Below, piece after piece: positions 26,869 through 41,425 of a stretch of 64,000 nt of DNA; position 1 is the stretch's first letter, and the number at the start of each line of letters is the position of its first letter. This stretch comes from the human T2T-CHM13v2.0 reference genome, Homo sapiens. The stretch lies in the NCBI RefSeq assembly GCF_009914755.1, contig NC_060931.1. The stretch is one strand, 5' to 3'. The translations under genes and the position numbers were made by a program. Below the pieces are notes generated by a model. It saw only the letters and a program-made list of their open reading frames with translations, was not told the origin of the DNA and did no database searches.

Positions 26869-27465
26869 TGATGAAATGAGTCAAGCTCTGTAAAATATTT
26901 GAAGAGATCTACTCTGAGCCAAATATGAGTGACCATGGCCCATGACACAGCCCTCAGGAGGTCCCAAGAACATGTCCCCAAGATAGTCCGGGTGCAGCTT
27001 GGTTTTATACATTTGAGGGAGGCATGAGACATCAAAGAAATACATTTAGGAAATACATTGGTTTGGTCCAGAAAGGCAGGACAACTCGAAGGGAGGGAAG
27101 GGTTCCAGGCTATAGGTAAATGTAAACATTTTCTGGTTGGCAATTGGTTGGGTTTTTCTAAAGACCTGGGATCAATAGAAAGGAATGTCTAGGTTCGTAA
27201 TAAGAGATTGTGGAGACCAAAGTTTTACTATGCAGATGAAGCTTCTAGCTAGCAGACTTCAGAGATAATATATTGCAAAATGTTTCTTAGCAGACTTAAA
27301 GTCTCTGTTGATGTTAATGCTGGAGAGGTATAATAAGACATGTTCGAGCCCCACTTCCCTTCATGGCCTGAACCAGTCTTTCATGTTAAGTTTTAAGAGC
27401 TCTGGCTGAGGAAGAAGTCCATTCAGATGGTTGGGGGTTCCTTAGAATTTTATTTTTGGTTTACA
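26869..27465 (-). mobile_element. MER4B-like solo LTR (ERV1)
   Basis: Ends ccttagaattttatttttggtttaca (reverse of tgtaaaccaaaaataaaattctaagg); MER4 core ccctcaggaggtcc..gaacatgt.cccaag. Confidence 0.88.
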
Positions 27466-30400
27466 TGTATATACACAAAGAAGTAACACAGAAAGCTGCA
27501 TAGAGAGACAAGGGAATGGACAATGCAAAAGTGATAAAATACATGAACATGAATATGTATAAGCTCATAATCAGAGTCTAGGAGGAAGAGATTAGAGAAA
27601 ATTTAGTAGAAGCAATATTCATAGAGGTGATGTCCAAGAATTTCCAGAACTGATTAATGATTCCACAAACACAGGAAGCATAGAATGTACCAATCAAGAC
27701 AAATTTTTTAAAGAGGGTACAAAGTTTCAGTTAGTAAAGATGAATACATCCTAGAAATCTGCACATAATGGCATTTATACTGTATTGTATACTTAAAAAT
27801 TTGCTTAGAGGATAGATATAATGTTAACTGTTCTTAACACAAATAATAATAATAGTAAAAAGAAGAGTATGAATCCTGAAAATCTGAGACTGGTATCAGG
27901 TAATTTATAAAGTTATTTTGTTGAGGTTGAGGACATGCGCCTGTGACATAGTCTCCGGAGGTCCTGATGACATGTGCCCAAGATGGTCAGAGCACATTTT
28001 GGTTTTTTACATTTTAGGGAGGCATCACACATCAATCAATATATGCAAGATGATCATTAGTTTGGTCTGGAACAGCAGGACAACTTTGAAGCAAAGGAGG
28101 GAAGACTCGAAGCAGGGAAGGGACTTCCAGGTCACAGGTAGTTAAGAGACAAATGGTTTTATTCTTTTGAGTTTTTGATTAGCCTCTTCAAAGGAGGCAA
28201 TTAGATATGCATTTATCTCAGTGAGCAGAGGGGTGACTTTGAATAGAATGGGAGGCAGGCTGGCCCTAAGCAGTAGTGATTTGGAGGCCCCAAGATTTAT
28301 TTTTCTTTCACATTTCCCTGCTTTTCTTTTTAAAAATCTTTTGAGGAAAATATCTTAGAAGAAAATGAGTCTCCGGTCTCAGGTTTCGTCTAATCTCTCA
28401 TGGCTAGAATGGTTTAATCCTAAATGGTTAAGTACCGACTAATTAGGAAAGCTCATTTTTAGCAGATTGTGAAGTCTCATGTCCTATGAAGAGAAAATAG
28501 GGTGAGGAAAGGAGAAAAATAACAAACATAAGAACAATCCTGGAAAATTGATAAAGGCCACATTACTGTGAAGTCCATACATCAGTAGGCAGGTATGAAA
28601 GTGGGTTATGTATGTAAATAGGTTGTTGTTATTTTCTTTGGAAGTTTAAGTTGTCTAGCCAGGGCTTTATAAAAGTATAGCTTAGTTTTCAGTGATTTCA
28701 CATTAGGAAAAATGAGGTTTATTTTCAGGAAAATAAAGAAGAAAAATAAGAAAAAATTTTTAGAGACTTGTATACAGGAAAAACTAGAATTCAGCTCAAA
28801 CTGTAAAAAATAATAAAAATTGAAAATCATTAGAAAATACTAGACTCTAACAACGAGTGACCTATAGTTTTGAAACATAATATTTCCCTCCTCAGTTTCA
28901 CATTTTTACTAAAAACAAATTATGGTAGATCTGGTTTGCTTTATCAGATTTAGCCTAATTATTTGTATATGGTGCGACAAGAATAATTATTTTTTACATT
29001 GGCATTTCAACTGGCTTTCATGGAACGGTATGCAGGTAAGACTTTTTAAAAGACAAACCCAGTCATGGATTTGTGCCATCAAATACCTGTGACTTGGGTG
29101 ATCTCCTCTTGAGGTTCCAAGATAACCTTGAGGCTCCTGGTCCTGTGATAAAGTGACATTCATTACCTACCACAGGTCAGGAACCCTGTACAGGGGCTGT
29201 GTAGGCAAAGGTGTGAGGCCAGTTGTTTTTTTTTTTTTTTCCATGTGGGGCTTTAATTGGCTCTATAAGTCAAGTTTGATTGTTTAAAGGATGGTGCCTT
29301 ATTTCAGTCAAAGTCTTGGTAAAATAACCAGTTTCTTCAATTGTGTCCTGTTACAAGTGAAAACAGATTGCACTTGTGCAAGTAACTGTATTGTTAGAAG
29401 TTAAGAATACTCAAAAATAGTTTTCAAATCTTGGAGAAATCAGGTAGAGAGAAACAAGTATGCTCCAAATTTTGTTCTTAAGAATATACCTTACTTAACT
29501 GCTAAAAGCTGTAAATAGCTTAAAAGAAAAGTTTTCCTGTCTCTGAAAAACTAAACAAAGGATCAGCAATATTCTAAGCAAAAAAGTTAAAAAGATTACT
29601 TTAGTCTTCTACTAGTTTAGTTTATGCAGTTAACTGCTGTTCTGCTTGATATTCATGAACATTTCAGCTCTCTATAAGAGTGCTGAATTTTTTTTCCTCT
29701 ATTCTGATGTCATAGTCTCCAAAGTTATCAGAAACCTGAATTTAGGAACACATGTTAGAGTTTTATAGCTGATTATAAAACCACCTTCTAAGGAAGACCA
29801 AAACAAGACAATTGTCCAGGATGACAAAAGGTTTTAGGGCAGCCACAAAAAAGACACAATTGACAAGGAAATTTGTTACCTCTGTGGCACACAATAATTT
29901 AATATAATAATTATAATTATTCCTAATTGTATACATTAAGTCATCAGAATTATAGGAGTTTTCCATGATTTTGGAACACATACCAATAACATATTTATAC
30001 AAATACAACCCAAAGAAAACCAAACACCATTTCATATTTGACATTGCTTCCTGTATAATATTTCTACAAAATAAGCCAAATGATGTCATTTTTGGACTTG
30101 AAGAAACCTCATATTTTAAAGGATTAATTAGGTCAGAAAGAGACATAATTTATGATTTGATTTTGGAAAGTTTGTCAAATATCAAAGGTTTAAAACATTT
30201 GATATCACAAAATAGGATCAGAGGTCATTGTAAAACCAGTCATTCGTTTAACCAAAGTGATAACCCAATGATTTTTTAAAAAAAGGCAAAAACCTTCATT
30301 CTTTGAGAGAGGAGTCTTATTTTCCAAACAATAAACACTAATAAAAACAGCATAAGCCCAATTACATTTATTTTTCAAAATTTTTTAACAATGTATAAAA

Positions 30401-31893
30401 TTTTAATCTTGGCCATAAGATATAACTTCCATTAACCTTTTATAACCCTGTAGCCTTTATTAAGAAGTCAGTTAATGCTTCAATAAAATCTAGTTAATCT
30501 GACACAGGAGCTCATATGCTGGTCTTGCATCAGTGTGCCTTTGACATTCATGATTAATTTATTGAGAAACTGAATCTATGTTATCTTTCAAAAATTGGCC
30601 CTTATATTCTCACTTGCCCACCTCTTCTGTGATACCCACTGTGCCTTGAGGAGTTGACTAGCTTAAATTTCTGGCCTTTTGTCTTAGGAATGCAGTTTAT
30701 TCCAATTGGCATTTTCTGCTGGGCATGAAGATGAGGCTTCAGTTGCTGTCAAGGTTTCAGATTTGGCAGGACTTGATGTCCTTTTTAGACCCAGGAGTTA
30801 AAGCCCTGTAACTCAATGTCAAAAGAACTTTAAAAGCACATACAGAAAGATACATGGATGTAATAATGTTAATTAAAATAAAAAATTTCATGTCAGTTTT
30901 TTCTAAGCAAACTAAGACTTAATAATAATGGCATAGGAATTTTTTTGATAAAACATACATCTTTTAGGCCAGTTAGCAAAAGGCAAAAGAAATGACCTTC
31001 TGCACTGCACAGAAGATTAAGTTGGAAGAAAGTATTTCCTTTAGGCCTTTAAGAAAATATTATTAATATCAGGTCACTACAACAGGATTCCAGAAAAAAA
31101 ATTATGTGAGCTGAAAATTTGTTGGAGAGCATTACTATTTCATGCCCTTTTAAAGGGGAGAGAAAACCGAAAATGGAGAGATGCAATAAAAGTTGAACTT
31201 TGGATTAGAAAATAAAATAAAATCTTTTATAATTTATTAAGAGTAAATCAATCTCTTAAGAAAATTTTATTGTTCTAAACCATGTTTAGTATATGTGTGT
31301 TTTCTACATCAAACCCAATCTCTAAAAACCATTATAATTTCCCTTTAATTATAGACAACTTGATCATGTAGGTTATTTTTTATAAATCCTTTTATTGTGA
31401 TTTACACACACCATTCATGACATGCTTGGACTTTCTGGTTTGTCCTGAACATCCCTCTCTCTTAACAACTAGTCATTTTATGCTAGCTCTAAAATACCAT
31501 ACACAATTCTTTCTCATATAAAATCATTTCTTGTTAAGCTTTCTTACCAAAAAAATTACCTCTTTATTTCCACTTACCTCTTTTTAAACTTCTCTTATTT
31601 CCTGGTTCCTTTTACCTTGTTTTATGTGTAACCTTTAAATAAGCTTTGAGTTAGACAAAAATTGTCCACTCTTTTAAAAAGGACTTTGTTTTTAGAAAGA
31701 ATGTCTTCCTAAAATATATTTATATTGGAAAATACACAAATAATGAAACATCTATTATTTAATTTAACTTTATATTCTAAATTATGACAAGCCTGTCTAC
31801 AAGTATTGATCCCATTACATTTACCTAATTATATTATTTTAATTGTTTACCTAGATTATTTATGAAAAGTGTGATGGTCGTGATTAAAAGTTA

Positions 31894-32125
31894 TAAAACT
31901 GCCATTGCAAAATTACAACTGAGACAGTGAAAAAGATTTGACCTCATTGACTGCATTTTGCTTTTAACCTCCAAGCTGTCCTTGTTCATTCCTGGGTGTA
32001 GGCCAAACTAACTTTTGGAGGAACTTAGTGCATAGTTACCTTTGAAACAAAGGCAGTAACAAACCTTACTGCCTGTGGACTAGACCACCAAAATCCACAG
32101 GGTTAAAGTTATGGTAATATTACTA
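31894..32125 (+). mobile_element. LTR8-like 5' fragment embedded antisense in MER4-int
   Basis: aaactgccattgcaaaatta.aactgagacagtgaaa..taacctccaagctgtccttgttcattcctggg.gtaggc matches the LTR8 start. Confidence 0.8.
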
Positions 32126-33496
32126 CATTTTAGATGTACCTATTTTTTATTAAACCAATATAATGTCTTATTTATTAAAAATTACACAAGCAAATATCAT
32201 TCTGTTTCAGGCTGAGTTTTAGTTTTGTAACCCCTCTGCCAAGTTTTGACACCTTGCAGTACTTGGTAGGGTTAAGTATGAAATTGCTTGGTTAATAAAT
32301 GCAAACAAAAATGTATGCTGGTAAATTCTTAAGACATTTCTAATATTATTTTATCAATGATTTTAAAACCATCTTATTAAGATTTTACTTAAGTCATGTG
32401 AATTTGAAAAGCATTTGACTAGTCTTTTTTTAGTGTCTGATTTAAGCACTTTTATGATTTGTAACCCAATTAATTCGAGCTCTTTTATATATTTTTAGTA
32501 GCAAAACATTGCATATACAACACATAAATATATAGACATATTGGGCATGCTGATAGAAGTACATCTTAATAGATTGATAAAGACTTTCTATTTTTCCTTT
32601 TTTTTTTTCTATCCTACCCTAGGCAGATGTGAGCTAAACAGCCTTAGATTTGCATATTAAAGGAAACAACTCTTAGATGAAAAATTGGATAGCAAAATTT
32701 ACATCTCAAGGTACACAGAGAAAATGTTTGGTGATGCTAGAGGGAGATTAAAGAGGATGTCAAATCAAACATAAAATTATAAAAATGTATCATAGGATTG
32801 TATAAGGAGAGCAAGTTTATTTAGTTAGGGACTACCTATTTTTTTTTAACTGGATCTCTGAGCTCTGGGCAGAGCCCACACTGAATCCTGGGTCTCCAAA
32901 AAGGGAGAGTTATTATGAGGCTACAGCATGTGATGCTTTTACAGTACAATTAAAATATATTGTTTAAACAAGGACATTTCAAAGTGATAAGCTACACTCC
33001 TACTTAAAAACCCAAGAGTAGCCTCTGTTGCAATAACTATTTTAGTCAAAAAATCAGGTAAAAACAGAGTTCATTCAACTGAGAAGAAAAAAATATTTTG
33101 CCAAAAAAAAAAAAAAAAAAAGACAAGGTCATAGGAGAGGAAAAAAACATGAAAGTCTTTTAAATACAAATGTGCGCACATGCACATATACACACACATC
33201 TTGGATATGAGCCTACTAATTACCCTGGCTTTTAACCATTGAACTGCTTAAAAAAATCCTTTTAAATGTCATTACCATATTTTAGCTAGGACAAATTCCT
33301 GCTCTTTCAGAAGTACCAAGTGTCAAACTAGAAAGAGCTTTAGGAATCAAACTTAAGCTGTTGTGAAAAAACGAAGCAGGACGTTAGCTATAGACCTTAG
33401 CATGGGGTTGTAGACATTGCTCTTTCAGTTTGGCCTGGCTAGCAGAAAGGTGGCCTTTTATGTAAATAAAGCCCCTTAAGTAGTCAAAAAAAAAAG

Positions 33497-33498
33497 TG

Positions 33499-33533
<35 letters not shown>

Positions 33534-33593
33534 GTATATGTGTATATATATATATATGTATATGTATATGTGTGTGTGTATATATATATATAT
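33497..33593. repeat. Compound (TA)n/(TATG)n microsatellite
   Basis: Read directly. Confidence 0.92.
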
Positions 33594-34283
33594 TTCTTTT
33601 GCAGGCTTTTTTTCTCCCTCCACCATAGCACCTTTTATTTTGGGGGTGGAGGGAATTTAGCCACTTTAGAGGCCTAGTTCCCCATAATTTGGAACTTTCC
33701 TTTGGATTTGATCAAGTCAAATAGAGTTGGTGAAACCCAATGGGAAAAAGACTGAAACAACAACAGAAACAAACAACAAAAAACAGTTAAGCAAAAATAA
33801 ATGATCGCACAACTTATATGATTACTGAGTGCTCTAATGGTAAGGAGAAATTAAAGCCATTTGGTTGTTAATATTCACTTTAGCCAAGAGAAACCCCAAT
33901 TCAGTTACTTACCTAGGGATGGGTCTCAGGCTATAGACTGCTCTCTACCATTCTAGAAGCAGGAAAAAAAAGAAAAAAAAAAAACCTCATTTTCCCTGTT
34001 GGAAGTGCTCAAACTCCATGAAGGAGTTATTTACCTTCTATTATCATGAAAACAGGAAATATTGCCTTCTTTGTTGGAAGCAAGTAAAACTCCAGGAAAA
34101 GAGGAGTTATACAGCAAAATAAACTTTAGATCTTGACCAAATTTTCGGAAATCAGAGATTCTCTGGAGGGGGTGCTGTTAGACCTCAGCAAATTATCTTA
34201 TTGGTTTGAGCTATAAAGTCAGCTCATGTTGGTATCAAGCACTGTTAGGATATTTGTCAAAATCAGGGGTATCTCCACTCAGA

Positions 34284-34301
34284 ATCCCTCTATGGTTACC
34301 A
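34284..34301 (-). other. Retroviral primer-binding site, tRNA-Arg(TCG) type
   Basis: Plus strand gaatccctctatggttacca versus the tRNA-Arg-TCG 3' end gaatccctccgtggttacca (recalled); differs only at a decayed CpG; 3 nt from the 5' LTR. Confidence 0.75.
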
Positions 34302-36319
34302 AAATGTGAACTCTGAAAATCTGAGGCACGTCTCAGTTAATTTAGAAAGCTTATTTTGCCAAAGTTGAGGACTTATGCCTGTGACACGGCCTCACGAGGT
34401 CCTTATGACATGTGCCCCAGGTGGTCAGACCACAGTTTGGTTTTATGCATTCTAGGGAGACATGACACATCAATCAACACATTCAAGATTAACATTGCTT
34501 CAGTCTGGAATGGGGGGACAACTCAAAGCAAAGGCAGGAAGACTCAAAGCAGGGAGGGGACTTCCAGGTCATAGGTAGATAAGAGACAAATTGCATCTCT
34601 GGTTGCATTCTTTTGAGTTTTTGATTAGCCTCTCCAAAGGAAGTAATCATATATGCATTTGTCTCAGTTAGCAGAGGGGTGACTTTGAATAATAGAATGA
34701 GAGGCAGGATGGTCTTAAACAGTTCCCAGCGTGACTTTTCCCTTTAGCTTAGGGGAAATTTGGGGGCCCCAAGAGTTATTTTTCTTTCACAGGAGGAAAC
34801 ATTTGGAGGTTATGGACGTATTTATAGCATAGTTCATAATAATGGTTCCATGGTTATATGCTTATCCCCAAATTTATCAAGTTGTATAGATTACATAGGT
34901 ATAGCTTTTTATATGTAGATATATTTTGATAGAGCAGTTCTAAAATATAAATAAATAAAACAAGTCCACACTGTAAAGATGTTCAAGGACCTAAACATCT
35001 TGATGGGAGCCAGAGATTAAACATACTTCAATTAAAAAGGAATGACAATTAAACTAATAGCAAAACCCTCTTGAGCAACAGTTGTAGTCAGAAATACGCA
35101 CAGCAAAACTTCAATACCAATCACTAAAGATAATATAAATTGTTATAAAGAAAGTATAATTCCAAAATCAATAGAACAAAATGTATATGGGGCTAAAAAG
35201 AAAACAATATAATTTTATAAGGAGTAATATCATTATCTTATTCCTCAATCTGTCTTTAATTATTTTGATTGTAATTATCATATTTGTTAACAGAGAGTAT
35301 ACCTGAATTTCAAGTGTATCTGCATCATTGTAGCAGTTTCTGTGTTATTAAGTAAGATATATAAGTGGCAGATAATTATGCCCATTCAAATAATAACATA
35401 TGTGTTATTTTAGACCAAAACCTGAAAGTTATGGATATAGTTATTATCTAGTCTAAGGTATTCTATTAAATTAAGAGTTGACATTATGGAAATGATTTCA
35501 TTGTCGCATCCAAGAAACACTGAACAAGGTCCAAGTGCAAACATTGTGAGAAACACGAGGAACAGAAAGATCAAGTTCCTGGTTCTTACCTTTAAGAAAA
35601 AAAGAGGGATCATCCATTATTAGCAGATTATAACAGCAATCTTTTTTACCACTTAATCTCTAATTATTTTATTACTTTTCCATGCTTTACTGTCTTTCTA
35701 TGTACTTTAGGTTTTAGTATACTGGATTTGTACTAGTTATTATATAGTAATTAACAAAACAACTTCAGTGTTTTATGCCTATGTAATAGAAGAACAAGTA
35801 ATCTTTAATTTCGTAAGTTTTGCTTCTGTGATAACAATTTATATTAGAAATTGGATCGAAATCACAATTTCCAGCTTGGTTTTTGTTTTTGGAAAAAAAA
35901 GAACATATTTGAAAGATTTAACAAGAGGAAATTTCTTTTAAGTTCATTTTAACCCTTTATCCCCCAAATATTATTTAATATAACCTTCTTAGATAAATTA
36001 CATCTATCAAAATGAAAAATATAGCACTCTATAATTAAATATTATGAAGCTAATATTTTGAATCTAGACTTTAGAGTCTTGTAGACATGATTAAAAATAG
36101 ATATCATTCATTCAAATTCAATAAATATTTATAGTCAAGCATAGTAATAAATGTTTTATTTCATGGAACACTTGTGGCAACTCTCTGAGACAAAGTGAAC
36201 ACACTCTGTTCACATTTGGGGGACATGGAGTTTAGGGAGATTGATTTCAAAACATAGGGATGACAAGTGACAAATAGGTTTTGAATTTCCCTATGTAATT
36301 TAAACCCATGCTCTTATCT

Positions 36320-37522
<1,203 letters not shown>

Positions 37523-40500
37523 TTAAGAAGCAGAGATTCTATTATACACGTTGGCCAATATATTGTGGAATCTTTCTAATGCTAAACAATAAAGCATTTA
37601 TTCTTTTTTATTTTAATTTCTTCAGTACCTTCTAAATAAAGTAACTGTAGTGATATATCGTGATAGATGTAAAGCAATTCTATTTCAAATGTCTTAAGAC
37701 CAAGGACAGTATTTATATTCCTTCTTTTCATTCTTAGTAATGAGCAGAGTTTCGCTTGTAATTGCTACTCAGTAATTATATTCTTAAATATCTTTAGATA
37801 TATCTAATTATATCCTTATATATATATTTATCCTTAAATATATACTGGCCTTCAATTCTATCTATGCTATCTACAACACTAACGACTGTTGGTAGCCATA
37901 AACTATACAAAGGTACCTTTGAAAGTAGCTCTATTATATAACAAGTTCCATTCAGTGGGGCTGTTTTTAAGTAGCTCAGTGCAATTTTCCATTTCTATTG
38001 CAAAGAGATAAAAACATGTCTGCAAAATGAATTTGTATAGTTTCTCATGAGCATTTAAAGAATTTAAAGCAACATTGTACTTTTTTTTTTAACATCATGC
38101 TTTTCACTGGCTGAACTCTATTTTCCTGGGCAAAAAAATCAGAAAACCAAGCGTTCTAACAAATAGCCTCCTAGTGAGAGAGGAAAAGTGACCTAAACAG
38201 ACTTACCTATTGCCCTCAAATTTGGAGAACTTCATGTTTTTTAAAATAAAGAGATGGCCCTTTTGGTTCATCTTTGAATTCGGACTCCAAGCGTTCTTAT
38301 GTGTCTTTTAAATTGAATGCTTAGAGTCAATTTAGTGTGAAGCTCTGAAAATAGGCCTGCAGAGCTGGAAAAAGAACATTGCCTTTCTCTACTTAAAAAC
38401 ACACTGATGGCTGTAGTCAGGGATTTAAAAGAAAAAGTCTTGGCTTGCCACCTAAGTTTTCCTTCATTGTGTGTTGCTCTTTCTATACCTTCTAGTTTTC
38501 CATTGTGTTTGCTGTGACTTTGTTTTGCTTGACTATGTCACTTTTCTCATTCCTTGCTTAGCTTATCTATTTCTTCTTCTATTTCTTTCTCTGTACTCCA
38601 TTCTCCCACCCTAAGACTTCCTGAAGTTTGGGAGACTTATTTTAAGTCTGAAAAGTTGCCTTTTCTTTATTTTGAAAAACTTCAGCTCACAGAATAACTC
38701 CCTGTAGGTCTCACAGCTGAGCCACAGATGTTCTTCAGCTGCCAGATGACAGACAATACCTCTGCAGAGCAGGTGGGACCACTCAGTCTCTAGAGGTATA
38801 AGCCTCCCACAAACTGCTTAGATTTGAGAGAGTAAGCTGCACCCAGGACAAGTTCATGGGGGAAGACATTGCTTCTGCGTCACATTTAACTCATGAAAAA
38901 AAAATGTAAAGTCCTTTCTGAGAAGGACCCTGAAGGAAGTAATGAGAAAGAAATGCATTGTCATCAATCACCTATCCTTGGTGCTTGTAGACTATGGTCA
39001 GAAATTGCTGCAATTTAAATAAAATTTGTACTTAAACATTTAAATCTGTCTTCAGTTAATATGTATTTTTATAGTTCATATTTATCATTAAATATTATCT
39101 ATTCAGATTATCTTTGGTTCCAGTACTTCTCTTTACTCTGTGGTAAATTCTTCATCTTTTTCCTTTCCCTTATATTTTCTTCCAGATTTAATTCACTATT
39201 GTACAATGTAAGCCAAGTTTGTGTGTTTGTTTTTTTGTTTGTTAACTCACAGCATTTGGAGAAAGGTAAAACAATCTATTAATACCAGAGTAAGCACTGG
39301 ATTTGGAAATAAAAATGTCAGTGCTTTCAGTTTTTGGTAATGAAAAACCCTACCAATGCTTCATTTTACTATATGTTCAGATGTGCAAGTAGAGTATGCT
39401 ATACTGAATAGTATAATTATAAAAAAAAATTTATTAAACAGCCATAAACATAGACTCTTGGGAAGCACTTTGATTTCGTCATATAGCACAGTGCAGAAAA
39501 CGGGTTGTGTTCACAATAAGTATTTCTCGAACAGATGGTGCATAATTGAATAGGGTTGGACAAACAGGTGTACTAGATATATTTAAGGCTGCGTTCTGAG
39601 CTGAAGGTGTCCCCTACTTTACCTAGTGTTTAAAAAATAGGACTTTTATTTTAAAATATACTATCATTTTTATTCCCACTTCTCCCTTCTCTGTTTCTGT
39701 GTTTTTAATGCATGGTTTAGTTGTTGCTTTTTTTAAATAAAAGTCTCTTTGGACAGACATTGTGCTAAATTTTCAGGATACAGAAATAAAATATCTTTCC
39801 TCTGATAGCTGACAATCTAATAAAGTAGTCAAGTATTTAAAAAGCCAATAATTCAGCATGATATGTTAAAATATCTGTATGAAGAAAACAGAGTGATACT
39901 AGTCAAAACAATTACTAATATTAGAATATACTAATATTTGTTTCTATTTATAGATGGCTAAATGTCTGACACAGTAATAAATTATTACATTATCTTTTTG
40001 TGTGGATGGGGCTTTTAAAATACTTTTAAAAGAAAACTGGTCATTTAAAAAGTTTTAGTGAAAACAATACATTCGGTAAAAGCAATTGAGACAATACAGC
40101 CAAGGTAGAAGACACGAATAAAAGTCATCCAGAGTGACAGAACATAAAATAACTATTATTAACACTATGTAAATATTATCTAAAATATCTATGCAATATG
40201 CAAACAAGATAAGATGCTATTTGAATAGGAGAACATATTTGCTATGTTTAATTTTTTAAAAGTGAAAATATTAATGTTAATGGATTGAACGAGGTAAAAG
40301 AAACAGTTGAAGATATGCTTATAAATGGTTCTTTTAATGTAAAGAATATTATTTTTCCTAATATATCTTTTTCTAATTAACCTCTCAAGTTATAGAAATA
40401 ATTGTGAAATTTATGTTAGTAATATTTGAATTACTAGTTTACATTTAGATAGTATGGAAGATTGTGAAAATTATAAATTGGCTACATTCTCTCATCTTCT

Positions 40501-40693
40501 TTCCTGATTGTATTTTTAAACTTACTATTCAAATAGGTTAACATTTGAAATTCTTTGGGTGTATAACATTTAGATTTCTGCTAAGAAAATAATCACCATA
40601 GGCACTTACACTTAATTTTTTATTTCCATGTATCAAAAGGATGACACCTGCTTTTTAAGTATATCATTTCCATTTTCCAGTGCTAAATTTTGA

Positions 40694-41037
<344 letters not shown>

Positions 41038-41109
41038 TATCAAATCATTTTTTGAGCGATTGTAGATTCTGTGTTCTCTATTGTTTGCCCAGGAACTTTG
41101 ACCCCCTGA

Positions 41110-41425
41110 TTATTATTATTTTTTATTTTATTTAATTTTTTTGAAACAGAGTCTCGCTCTGTCACCAGGCTGGAGTGCAGTGGCGCAATCTCGGCTTACT
41201 GCAACTTCCCCTTCCTCAGTTCAAGTGAGTCTCCTGCCACAGCCTCCTGAGAAACTGGGACTACAGGCGCGCGCCACCACACCCAGCTAATTTTTGTATT
41301 TTTGGTAGAGACAGGGAGGGTTTCACCATGTTGGCCAGGATGGTCTGGATCTCTTGATCTTGTGATCTGCCCTCCTTGGCCTTCTAAAGTGCTGGGATTA
41401 CAGGTGTGAGCCATGGCGCCCAGCT
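41110..41425 (-). mobile_element. AluSc
   Basis: ctctgtcaccaggctgg and ggccaggatggtct..atctcttga diagnostics; TSD cctgattatt/cctcattatt. Confidence 0.95.

Larger units (their letters stand above)
27868..34791 (-). mobile_element. MER4A1-type non-autonomous ERV1 provirus: 5' LTR 34305-34791, MER4-int, 3' LTR 27868-28312
   Basis: Two homologous MER4A-type LTRs ending tttctttcaca; PBS next to the right LTR, polypurine tract next to the left LTR; 4-bp TSD agag/ggag; no intact gag/pol/env ORF in the ORF track. Confidence 0.93.
27475..35110 (+). mobile_element. Ancient L1 ORF1-like relic (27475-27710, 34950-35110) containing an L1MB1/2 3' end (27711-27867, 34792-34950), both split by the provirus
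   Basis: gaagcaatattc..gaatttccagaactgat ORF1-like motifs; the L1MB 3' UTR reads through the provirus junction (..aagaagag|ggaggaaacatttggaggttatgga..cttatccccaaa). Confidence 0.7.

Noticed and set aside
34282-34301. tRNA gene
   Set aside because: Only the 3' 18-20 nt including CCA, next to an LTR. It is a primer-binding site.
38195-38212. Consensus minus-strand splice donor (ag|gtaagt)
   Set aside because: Expected by chance in 64 kb, and I found no convincing partner acceptor or reading frame.
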